Shown piece after piece: positions 55,307-63,606 of a stretch of DNA of 64,000 nt. How positions within the stretch are numbered: position 1 is the first letter of the stretch; every line of letters begins with the position of its first letter. The notes beneath the pieces are model-generated. The model saw only the letters and a program-made list of their open reading frames with translations. It made no database searches and had not been told where the DNA came from. Origin of the DNA: a virus (Duplodnaviria > Caudoviricetes); IMG/VR virus record IMGVR_UViG_3300032218_003260, one strand, 5' to 3'. A program made the translations under genes and the position numbers.

Positions 55307-55627
55307 TCAATTGTCAACTTCGTCGTCAAAATCTTCTTCGTATTCAGGGTCATTGTCTTCTTCGTCCTCGTACTCTTCGTCCCAGTCCTCGTCCTCATCT
55401 GCGTCAACCCATTCTTCTTCGTCATCTTCTTCTTCGTCGTCGTCGATAAATACGTAGTTCGGTTTGGGTAACTCAATGTCGCTGTTATCGTCTTCGTCGT
55501 CTTCGTCTTCGTTGTCATCGACAAACTGCCACTCTTCTTCAATGAAATCACCATCGAGGCCGTCGTCGTGACGGGTGGCGCGTTCGTTTGGAATGTCGCG
55601 AAACAATGGAGATTTAAAGTAGCGCAT
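55307..55627 (-). CDS. extremely acidic small protein
   Basis: C-terminal about 80 aa dominated by Asp/Glu with interspersed aromatics. Confidence 0.65.
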   Translation of the reverse strand: MRYFKSPLFRDIPNERATRHDDGLDGDFIEEEWQFVDDNEDEDDEDDNSDIELPKPNYVFIDDDEEEDDEEEWVDADEDEDWDEEYEDEEDNDPEYEEDFDDEVDN

Positions 55628-55629
55628 AG

Positions 55630-58263
55630 TTATCCAGTTTCCCGGGCAAGGTCAGCTGCAGGTAACAAGTATTGATCGCACCAACTGCTGTCAACAAGAA
55701 TGCCCGGCAGGTTGCGCACAGCTTCCTCTCCGCCGAAAACTCCGCGACGCGTCAATAGTTTAACAAGCCAAAGCCAGTTTGGGGCTAGCGCTTTTCTATC
55801 ATAAAAATAGCGATTGACGGCGCGCTGATTCAACCACCAATGTGTTTTTTTACGCACAATGTAGTTATTGGGTTGGCCGACTTTTCGCGCCCGGGGCAGA
55901 ACCGCGAGCGCGCCGGTTTGAATGGCATTTGTTAACTCCGCAAAAAACGACAAATCGGCCTCGTTTTGCGTGGTTAATTGTTTGCGCGCATAGTCGAGCT
56001 GGAACGCGCTGCCGTACGTTTCTTGCAGCCAGTCGTGTAGGTCGGCAAGTACGGCCAAGGCAGTTACCGAGTCCGTTAGGCTAATCCGCATTCGTTGACG
56101 CATTGCACGCTGAATGTAGCCCGGCAAGATATACGCCAGCGGGGTAAAGTCGGTTTTAGGGTCTGCGTAGCCGTTGATAGTCTGCCAACCGTACATCGGC
56201 GCGATGGCTGCGGCGGTGGGAGCCAAATGCAAAAGTACGGGGCGGTTATGACAACGCGGGATCGTCAGGCTCAGACTGGTCGCGTCGAACACGCTAGCAA
56301 CAGTTGTTGGCCACGCCAACTCTGCCGTGCGTGAGTACACCGCAGAACTGGCGGATGCGCGGTGCAGGATATCAATACGCTGGTGCGGGCAGCCAAGGAC
56401 TGGCGCAATTTGTTGTACCACGACAAAACTATCGCCGGTAAAACCAGTAGCAACTGGATCACGGCGCAGTATTGGGTCCACGAGATTGGCAATGACGGCG
56501 GCCGCAACGGTCCAGACAAAAGCATTTTCTTGACTGGGCGTTAAAAACTGCCGTATCGCCGGCGGGGCGACTGCAACAGGCTCTGGGAATACAGCGTGTT
56601 TGTTTTTTTCACTCGATTGATTTGGCGGTGACGGTGTGCCGTCTGCGGCTAGTTCGTAGTTTGCAAAACGAAACACGCTTGCGCGCTCGTCCCATCCTAG
56701 CCTGTTTGATACGCATACCAACTCTGGTTTGCTCAGGCCGATGGCCAGCAGGTGGCTTCTGCTATTCCACCGACTGTCGTACAGCATCACTTTTTTGTGG
56801 GACGCAACGACACTAGCCGCGAAGGCCAGCAGCCCGGCGCGTTCAATCTTGAAAGCGTTATCGGCAAAGTTAATTTCTTCGCCGTTGAGGTAGATCGTAC
56901 CGGCATATGTTTTTTCGCCGTCGTCGGCTTGAGTGATTTTATTGATAACAATGTTGGCGTCACAAATGTGCTGATTTGTGACGCTCCACCAACCGTCTGC
57001 TTTTGGAATGACAGTATGGCGCCACGGCTGTGATGTCGTCGGGGTAATGTGCTTAGAAGTCTTGACATGCGTCAATACCCGATCTGAAAAACCGGGAGAA
57101 AAATTACTGCCAATTTTGTTCAAAAACGGCACTAACTTGTCTGGCGGTATCGTAAGTCGCGTCGCAAACGAATGCGCCGCAATTTCATTTATCTGCCCCA
57201 GCGTGCTGCTCAGCCGGCTTTGCCATGTTTCTGCGTTGCTGCGAATCGAAACTAGCCGCGTCATGGCGTCTGTGGCGAGCCTATTTTTTACTCGTTGATT
57301 TTGCGTTACTATTGCCACGTAGCCGCGGGCATTAGCGACCCTGCTAATTAGTTCCGGCGAAATAATGTGGCTCTGGAAGATTCGCGGCACTGGCGCAAAT
57401 GAACACCAGCTGCCGCCCCAGCTGTTTGCCTCGACGCCGGTGTAGCTCGCCATTACCGGCAGCAGCGACAACCCGTGGCGTAGCATTTCACACTGCATAC
57501 TCAACGCCCACATCGGATCGTCTACTACAAACTGTGTGCTTTTTAGCGGCGCGACAGCGGGAAGAAGCGCCGCGCGCAGTAGAAAGTAACCAGCTTCTGG
57601 TCGGCTGCGTTTGTACTGGTTGAGCGAGATAAAGTTTTGTTTGGCCGTAAATTGCTCGTCGTACTGCACAATTAAGACGCCGGTTATACGCCCGGGCAGA
57701 TCGTAATACGGAAACACAAGGCTTGCGCCGTTTTCTCGTATGGGGCTAATCAGCGGCCGGCGCACGAATCGCTGGAGCGTATCTATTTGTTCTTTGTACG
57801 CCACGCCGACCAATCCGGCCGCATCTATTTCTTGATGTACGCCCAACTCGCGTAGGCGGCAGGCAATAACATCGTCGTGGTGGCCCCAGATTTGCGCTTC
57901 GGCGTCAAACCAAAACTGCTCAAATTTTTCAAAGCGTTCAATAGCTCGGGCGTATTCGGCGACGGCATTGTCTTTTTCAGCTGGGTTTATGGCGTTTAAC
58001 TCGATAAAACGGCTAATTGCCACATCGGGGCTTGTATTCCATAATGCCGCGCCAAACGTTATGATATCTCCATGGGCTGAGCACGAATTACAGTGTAGCC
58101 AGATACCGTTAGTGCTTGTGTCGTCGAATAGGTGTAGCGTATTTTTTTGACATAGCGGACAACTGACGACCGCCGGGAAAACCAACTGGTCCGGCGCAAT
58201 GCCCAGCGCCGACAGGGCAATCGCGTGGTGTTGGCGGCCAATTAAACAGGTAGGAAATCCCAT
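55630..58263 (-). CDS. large primase-like protein: Zn finger, degenerate TOPRIM, DUF927-like C-terminal region
   Basis: CPLC...WLHCNSC.AHGDII, FPYYDLPGRITG, FVVDDPMWAL in place of VVEG..D; no intact Walker A recognised. Confidence 0.55.
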   Translation of the reverse strand: MGFPTCLIGRQHHAIALSALGIAPDQLVFPAVVSCPLCQKNTLHLFDDTSTNGIWLHCNSCSAHGDIITFGAALWNTSPDVAISRFIELNAINPAEKDNAVAEYARAIERFEKFEQFWFDAEAQIWGHHDDVIACRLRELGVHQEIDAAGLVGVAYKEQIDTLQRFVRRPLISPIRENGASLVFPYYDLPGRITGVLIVQYDEQFTAKQNFISLNQYKRSRPEAGYFLLRAALLPAVAPLKSTQFVVDDPMWALSMQCEMLRHGLSLLPVMASYTGVEANSWGGSWCSFAPVPRIFQSHIISPELISRVANARGYVAIVTQNQRVKNRLATDAMTRLVSIRSNAETWQSRLSSTLGQINEIAAHSFATRLTIPPDKLVPFLNKIGSNFSPGFSDRVLTHVKTSKHITPTTSQPWRHTVIPKADGWWSVTNQHICDANIVINKITQADDGEKTYAGTIYLNGEEINFADNAFKIERAGLLAFAASVVASHKKVMLYDSRWNSRSHLLAIGLSKPELVCVSNRLGWDERASVFRFANYELAADGTPSPPNQSSEKNKHAVFPEPVAVAPPAIRQFLTPSQENAFVWTVAAAVIANLVDPILRRDPVATGFTGDSFVVVQQIAPVLGCPHQRIDILHRASASSAVYSRTAELAWPTTVASVFDATSLSLTIPRCHNRPVLLHLAPTAAAIAPMYGWQTINGYADPKTDFTPLAYILPGYIQRAMRQRMRISLTDSVTALAVLADLHDWLQETYGSAFQLDYARKQLTTQNEADLSFFAELTNAIQTGALAVLPRARKVGQPNNYIVRKKTHWWLNQRAVNRYFYDRKALAPNWLWLVKLLTRRGVFGGEEAVRNLPGILVDSSWCDQYLLPAADLARETG

Positions 58264-59437
58264 GACAAATATCCCGCTCGATCAAGCGCATGACGTCAGC
58301 GGCCGCGAGACACACAGGCTGACGACTCTGTACCCGCAACCTGACTTTGTAAAAAATGCCGCGGATGAAAAATTAAGCGGCGCTGCGGATTTACCTCGTC
58401 ATCTGTACGCTGATCAGCGCCATAAACTTTATCCGTGCCATACAGCCCCTGCAACATGGATGTCCGCGCTTTTCTTTGCTGACAAGCAAGCGCAGTTTGA
58501 CGCCAAAGAGGCCGCGGCTATTCAATCTAGGATACACCAAACTGCCGAATATTTCGGTATTCGCGGGGCTGTGGCGGAACTGGAAGAAAAGATTGCGGCC
58601 AGCGCTACACAGGATATTAACAGCCTACCGGACTCTGAATTTGCTATCGTCTGGGTCAGCGATGTGGGCGGCAAGGAGCGCCACTGGCCGCTGCGCAACG
58701 CCGGGGAGGTCAAATTTGCCGCCGCGCACTTTAAAACGTTCCGCGACAACTTCGTCTTCGAAGACCGCCACGTAATTGCCACAAAGATCCTCGAAAAGGC
58801 CGCGCAGTACAGCGCAGACGTTTCGGGGGCAGAGGGCTCGCTAGAGCTAGCGGCGGGGCTTGGCGCCTGCGCGGCTAAGGTAGCGAGCGACATGATCAAA
58901 GACCGCGTACGGCTTACCAGTCGGCAGCACACGCAGCTGGCGAGTGAGTTGTCAAAGTTAGCAGAAGCGGTTGACCAGAACCCCGAGAGGGCGCGTACGG
59001 TCGACATGCGGCTAAAGTTGGCGAGCGCGGTCGATAATTTCGATAGGAGCACGCAGCTCTATCGACTCTACGACGCCGGCGGATTACCGCGGCCGGAAGA
59101 GGTCTTGTTTGCGATCACCGAAAAGGTGGCGCGGGACTTCATGGCGCAGAACGTCGAAACCACTACGGGCAACGTATACGCTCTCGACGACCTTGAGAAG
59201 CTAGCCGTTGACGATGTACGCGAGTGGCTTGGCGACGACTTTGCTGACGCGGTAAGCGCCGGCGGCGTGTACATGGACCGCAGCAAGCTGGCAGCGATTG
59301 TTCCCACGCTCGACCGCGGTATGGCAACTATGCTGGACCGGCTCATGTCCGACAAGAGCGCCAGCGCTGTCGTGAAGTCAGCGTCAGCGGACAATCTGCT
59401 TTCGCTTGAGCGCCTTCGCGAGCTTGCGAGGGGCTGA
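58262..59437 (+). CDS. DUF6582-like domain protein
   Basis: LPDSEFAI...RHWPLRNAGEVKFAAAHF resembles LPDSxF...RxYP...V..A...F; an earlier copy-like segment YAD...KLYPCHT. Confidence 0.55.
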   Translation: MTNIPLDQAHDVSGRETHRLTTLYPQPDFVKNAADEKLSGAADLPRHLYADQRHKLYPCHTAPATWMSALFFADKQAQFDAKEAAAIQSRIHQTAEYFGIRGAVAELEEKIAASATQDINSLPDSEFAIVWVSDVGGKERHWPLRNAGEVKFAAAHFKTFRDNFVFEDRHVIATKILEKAAQYSADVSGAEGSLELAAGLGACAAKVASDMIKDRVRLTSRQHTQLASELSKLAEAVDQNPERARTVDMRLKLASAVDNFDRSTQLYRLYDAGGLPRPEEVLFAITEKVARDFMAQNVETTTGNVYALDDLEKLAVDDVREWLGDDFADAVSAGGVYMDRSKLAAIVPTLDRGMATMLDRLMSDKSASAVVKSASADNLLSLERLRELARG

Positions 59438-59869
59438 GGCTTTTTTCTTCTTACGCGGAGCCGGGCCGAACAACGACTTAATATGTCGGAGTACGGCCGC
59501 TTCGCGCGTACGTTTGTAGTTTACATTGTCCCACGCTTGGTCGGCGTGTTCGACACCGCGGCGCGCGGCCTCGACGTCGTGGATAAGGCTGTAGTCCGGG
59601 TTATACCACTTAAATCCGCGACCCTTGCCTTTGTTCCATCTAAAGTCTGCTACTGATATCTCGTAGACGGTGTGCGTTACGGTGTCGAGAATTATTTGCG
59701 CAGTGCATTTAAACTCTCGTGGTTTGTTCGGCAGCCGGATAGTCGCGTCAAGTATTTGCGCGTTGTTGCCGTAACAAGCCCAGCAGTACGCGGCGCTATC
59801 GGTTATCAGAAAGCGACAAGCGTTAAAAAAGCGATTAACCCGCAACGCGCCACAGTGATCAAATGTCAT
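59384..59869 (-). CDS. conserved phage hypothetical protein
   Basis: W.NPDY...HD.EA..RGV...QAWDNVNY. Confidence 0.65.
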   Translation of the reverse strand: MTFDHCGALRVNRFFNACRFLITDSAAYCWACYGNNAQILDATIRLPNKPREFKCTAQIILDTVTHTVYEISVADFRWNKGKGRGFKWYNPDYSLIHDVEAARRGVEHADQAWDNVNYKRTREAAVLRHIKSLFGPAPRKKKKASAPRKLAKALKRKQIVR

Positions 59870-60108
59870 TTTGATATCAAGTCCTTCAGTTTGCGAAATA
59901 GTTGCCGCACGGCTGGCATAAGCTGCCGCTTTCTTGACGGCTCAGCGCCCGGCTCAACGTTCTGAGAAGATAAGCCGCCAGACTGCTCTTCTAACTCGCT
60001 TCGGCAGTAGTCGAGGTAGAGTTGCCAGTTGTCATAGGCGTCTCTATCTTCTGCTCGTTCGTAGGGGATGTAGGGGGGCTCGTCGATGAGTCTGTCGTTC
60101 CAGCCCAT
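59866..60108 (-). CDS. hypothetical protein
   Basis: 80 aa. Confidence 0.6.
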   Translation of the reverse strand: MGWNDRLIDEPPYIPYERAEDRDAYDNWQLYLDYCRSELEEQSGGLSSQNVEPGAEPSRKRQLMPAVRQLFRKLKDLISK

Positions 60109-60281
60109 TTCTTTTTGTCCTTCTGTTTGCTCCCGTCAACTAACTCGCCGCGCACGATCGATGTCGTTTGCGGCGCGGTAAGACCAATTTTGACGCGGTC
60201 GCCTGTGATGCTTAAAACTTTCACAACAATCCCGTCGCCAATTACGACTTCCTGTTCTTTCTTCCTTGAGAGTACCAGCAT
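59991..60281 (-). CDS. csrA: CsrA/RsmA family translational regulator
   Basis: MLVLSRK.EQEVVIGDGIVVKVLSITGDRVKIGLTAP..TSIVRGEL. Confidence 0.9.
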   Translation of the reverse strand: MLVLSRKKEQEVVIGDGIVVKVLSITGDRVKIGLTAPQTTSIVRGELVDGSKQKDKKKWAGTTDSSTSPPTSPTNEQKIETPMTTGNSTSTTAEAS

Positions 60282-60291
60282 TGTGTCACCA

Positions 60292-60963
60292 TCATGATGT
60301 GGCTGAACCTTGTAACATTTTTACGACATACTCCGTGTTGCCGTTTTTAAGGTCCAGTGCGGCCATTTGTTTAATAAGTAAACCAGTCTTCAATCGAATC
60401 GACTGATTGATGTCTTCTGTCTTTCCCGTCTCAAAATCGTAGACCGCGTTAAACATCGTCGGGTCATCTGAGAAATCTGTAATGTTATGGCTGACCCGCG
60501 CGGCCCTCAACGCGATACGCAAAATGTCAGGGGCGTTAATGATTCCCTCGCTGTCCAGCACGGCGCCAATGTAACCGCGCACTTCGTCGGTGAACGGTTC
60601 TTTATCGTCGTCCTCTGGCGGGCTGATCAGCAGCGCTTCGGTAATACCCCACGCAACTTCTTCGGCGTCCGCGGGGTCCCACATATCTGGGCGGTATGTG
60701 TCACCGCCCAGCACGTTGCAGAACGTCACAAAGTCCGGCAGGCTTTTGAAAAACTTGTCGGTCGTGAGGATCTGAATCGCGACTAGCAGCTTGTCGAGCG
60801 CCAGTTGGGGTAGCTCGACGTCAAACTCCTCTTCGATTTCGAGGGTGATCGTCGACGGGTCCCAATCCAGCGCCTCGATGCCGAACTTATCCAGAAACAG
60901 GGTCAGTAGGACGCTCGCAAACGTCTCCCTGCTTTTCCACGCTTCCTGCGCTATTGTTGCCAT
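60292..60963 (-). CDS. conserved hypothetical protein
   Basis: 223 aa from MATIAQ; WDP.TI.LEIEEEF...DKL..AI...F...CNVL motif. Confidence 0.7.
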   Translation of the reverse strand: MATIAQEAWKSRETFASVLLTLFLDKFGIEALDWDPSTITLEIEEEFDVELPQLALDKLLVAIQILTTDKFFKSLPDFVTFCNVLGGDTYRPDMWDPADAEEVAWGITEALLISPPEDDDKEPFTDEVRGYIGAVLDSEGIINAPDILRIALRAARVSHNITDFSDDPTMFNAVYDFETGKTEDINQSIRLKTGLLIKQMAALDLKNGNTEYVVKMLQGSATS

Positions 60964-61447
60964 TGAGTCCGGCCCTGCTCTTGATGATCTGCACGCCCCG
61001 GCGGTACAGCTCACTCAGATTATACGCTATCGTCTCCAGCGGACGGCGCGGGAGAAAATCGCATTTCTCGCCGGACTCTAGCGAAATCCAGCCCATCGCG
61101 CCAGTCCATGTGACGTGCCGGCCGTCCGCAAACGCGAGCGTGGCGGAGCAGTCACCTTGGATATCTTCGATGGGCAGGTCCAGCTCTTGTCGAGTCTGGC
61201 GCAGCAGTTCTCCGATCATCAGCCGCTGTTCGCTCGACAAGAAATTTAGGTTCTCCAACATATCGGCAAGCAGCAAATAAAACACCGCTTCCGTATTGAC
61301 AATCATTGCCGGGCTATACGTCCACTGGCGTCTTAAAACGTTCGTAAAAACGTTGCGAATTTGCAACTTGCTAAGTTTCATGACCTGCATTACCATATCG
61401 AGCGTCAGGTCTACTTTTTCTTCGGAGGTATCTATGTCCGTTTCCAT
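60887..61447 (-). CDS. hypothetical protein
   Basis: 186 aa from METDID; start uncertain. Confidence 0.6.
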   Translation of the reverse strand: METDIDTSEEKVDLTLDMVMQVMKLSKLQIRNVFTNVLRRQWTYSPAMIVNTEAVFYLLLADMLENLNFLSSEQRLMIGELLRQTRQELDLPIEDIQGDCSATLAFADGRHVTWTGAMGWISLESGEKCDFLPRRPLETIAYNLSELYRRGVQIIKSRAGLNGNNSAGSVEKQGDVCERPTDPVSG

Positions 61448-61712
61448 TATCGACAACCTTTCTAATATCACGCAGGGCCGAGCTGAGATTATCGTCAGTG
61501 CCGATGGTATCGAGGAACTGCTGTCGGCTGCAACTGCCAACGTCGTGCTGCAGAAGGCAGCGGAAGCCGGCCTGCACCGACCGGGCGTGTCCAGCGCGAG
61601 CGGGCCTTATCCGGTTGACGCCGACGGCAAGACCGACGACGAGCTGATGATGGGCAAGCGCGGGCCGGTTGTCGGCTACCGCCGAGATTTTGTTATCTTG
61701 GCGTCGCTCTGA
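61434..61712 (+). CDS. hypothetical protein
   Basis: GGAGGT RBS before ATG; stop abuts the convergent gene at 61713. Confidence 0.65.
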   Translation: MSVSIIDNLSNITQGRAEIIVSADGIEELLSAATANVVLQKAAEAGLHRPGVSSASGPYPVDADGKTDDELMMGKRGPVVGYRRDFVILASL

Positions 61713-62030
61713 TCAGGCGTCGTCAGATCGGTCGACTACCGACATGCTTGCGGCCGTGCCGTTGATAAATTCGATAACGGCAAAGCACACAGGCGTGCGG
61801 CAATCTATATCAAGACGTTTCGCGGCGGCATACCCGGCGCGGAAGCTTGTTTTCTTTGCCGCGGCGATGGCGGCTGCTTTTGTGCGGAACAGGCCAACGG
61901 GCACGTCGTCCATCGTGTGCCGCCATACAACAAGGTAACCGCACATCCGTGCGGCGGCATTGCTTAGCGTTTCTGGTTTGCTCTCACCCGAGGCGCGCGG
62001 AGCGCGCCTCTTCTTTTGCGTTTTTGACAT
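61713..62030 (-). CDS. hypothetical protein
   Basis: 105 aa, GGAGGAG RBS. Confidence 0.7.
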   Translation of the reverse strand: MSKTQKKRRAPRASGESKPETLSNAAARMCGYLVVWRHTMDDVPVGLFRTKAAAIAAAKKTSFRAGYAAAKRLDIDCRTPVCFAVIEFINGTAASMSVVDRSDDA

Positions 62031-62031
62031 T

Positions 62032-62511
62032 TCACTCCTCCATTCCGAACTTGTCGATGTGCGCCAGTCTGGCGCAGTAGAACTCAGCCACAGGCCCGGC
62101 TACAGCGCCGAACCGTTTGACCATGTCTGGAATCACCTGCTCGTTAAACACGCGCAGGATAACTTTCCGAAACTTGGCGACGGCTTCTTTTGTGTAACCT
62201 TCTTCTCTCGCTTTCTCGGCGGCTTTACGGATGTCTGCATTGCCGTCAAATTGCATCTGAAGATAGGCCGGGTTTACAAACTCAATAATGTGCCCGTATA
62301 CCTGTCTGACCTCATATGAGCAGGGCACGTCAAATACACCGCGGCCGGGCCAGCGTTCGCCGTTCACTTCGTCGTCTGACAGGTATCGCAGCTTCCCCAG
62401 CGTCCAACCGAATGCCGCCGCGTCATCATTCGGTTCAGCCATGACAAAGGCTGGTTTTGGCGCTGGCGGTTGTTTGTCAAGTTTTGCTGCAGATTTACTT
62501 TTACGCGCCAT
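62032..62511 (-). CDS. hypothetical protein
   Basis: 159 aa. Confidence 0.7.
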   Translation of the reverse strand: MARKSKSAAKLDKQPPAPKPAFVMAEPNDDAAAFGWTLGKLRYLSDDEVNGERWPGRGVFDVPCSYEVRQVYGHIIEFVNPAYLQMQFDGNADIRKAAEKAREEGYTKEAVAKFRKVILRVFNEQVIPDMVKRFGAVAGPVAEFYCARLAHIDKFGMEE

Positions 62512-62631
62512 AATTCACAATAGCTAAGGAAAATTGGGACAGTTTTGTTCTGACCGTGTAGCCGGGAGTCACATCAGCCGTCATAAGACGAATAGATGTG
62601 TCCCGACTACACAGTCAGAACACGCCGAAGA

Positions 62632-63006
62632 TCAGTCTCCGGCGGTGCAAGCAATGTACGCATGGTACTGGGCTATAGCCTCAATGTTAGGATCAATCTC
62701 TCTAAAGACTGGCTCATCATCCATAGTGGCCAGATCACCGCGAAAAAGCGCTGTCGTGTACTCGTGATACAGCCGAGCCATATCACCACGCAGGTTCTTC
62801 TTGGTGAATTTAAGCACGCGCTCCTTCAGAAAGGCGGCGCGTTCCCAGAAGTTCGGCATCAGGTCTAGCTGATCCCGAAACTTCTCTGCAGTCTTCTCGA
62901 AAAGCTTATGCGCCCTATCAGGAACAATCTGAAACTGGGGCGCGGCTTTTTTGCATCGAGCGGTGACTGCAAGGCGGATTTGCTCCGCCGGGGGAGAAAG
63001 AAGCAT
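62632..63006 (-). CDS. hypothetical protein
   Basis: 124 aa, GGAG RBS. Confidence 0.65.
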   Translation of the reverse strand: MLLSPPAEQIRLAVTARCKKAAPQFQIVPDRAHKLFEKTAEKFRDQLDLMPNFWERAAFLKERVLKFTKKNLRGDMARLYHEYTTALFRGDLATMDDEPVFREIDPNIEAIAQYHAYIACTAGD

Positions 63007-63186
63007 GCGTTAACTCCGTTGTAACGCGGTAGAGAAGAGCCGCTAATACGATATAGCAGCGACAATAAATATGCCGCGATTTTGGCAAAAATTTAGCTGC
63101 CGTTCGGAATTCGCGAATTGCAAAAGTGCCTGTCAGTACAGGACTTACGACGCGGTATAGCGTGTTCTGGAAAATGGAAAATGCAA

Positions 63187-63266
63187 CCGCCGCCCCGCGC
63201 TGCCTAAGAGCGTGAAGCCCGTGGGTTACGTGGCACGTAACCCGTCAGCAGACCGCAGGGCGGCGG
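63187..63266 (-). ncRNA. candidate structured RNA (three-way junction)
   Basis: 13-bp outer stem, 5-bp second stem, 9-bp and 4-bp inner hairpins; all non-Watson-Crick pairs are G-U on the minus strand. Confidence 0.45.
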
Positions 63267-63296
63267 AAGATCGCAACCTACACATGGCAGGTGCGG

Positions 63297-63599
63297 CTAG
63301 AAGGTCAACTGGACTACTTGCCCGCCAGCGTTGACGTAAACAACGCGGATCTTTTTAGTATCCAGCAGAGATTTGAGTTGCGTCTTTTTTTCGCTGCTAA
63401 GGCCGGCAAGACACGATTTAATTTGCGCCATAGCGCTTCGCCGTTTTTCTTGGCGTTTATGTGCGCAAGCGCCGCAACCGCTATTGTTTGTCCGAAACAA
63501 TTCGAGCTTGTTGTAAAAACATGGAATTGATTCAGAGTACGTTGGGTCGCTCAGTAAAGATATTATTGTGTTGTCTTCAAGCACTACTAGATCGCGCAT
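63297..63599 (-). CDS. small Cys-containing hypothetical protein
   Basis: CGAC motif; 100 aa from MRDLVV. Confidence 0.7.
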   Translation of the reverse strand: MRDLVVLEDNTIISLLSDPTYSESIPCFYNKLELFRTNNSGCGACAHKRQEKRRSAMAQIKSCLAGLSSEKKTQLKSLLDTKKIRVVYVNAGGQVVQLTF

Positions 63600-63606
63600 A
63601 GTACTC

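Noticed and set aside
55321-55520. TCGTC/TCTTC-rich quasi-repeats (also 6600-6660 and 48240-48460)
   Set aside because: Explained by Asp/Glu codons in acidic proteins, not a DNA repeat array.
3008-63161. GCTATA as a genome-wide phage promoter motif
   Set aside because: It occurs in several intergenic gaps but as often inside coding sequence; only two sites have a credible -35.
63236-63252. CTGCTGA resembling the hammerhead CUGAUGA core
   Set aside because: The A at position 4 is missing and there is no GAAA after the adjacent stem.
63181-63275. Resemblance to IS200/IS605 ends or HEARO/omega RNA fragments
   Set aside because: Only a few short words match and there is no TnpA, TnpB or IscB gene nearby.
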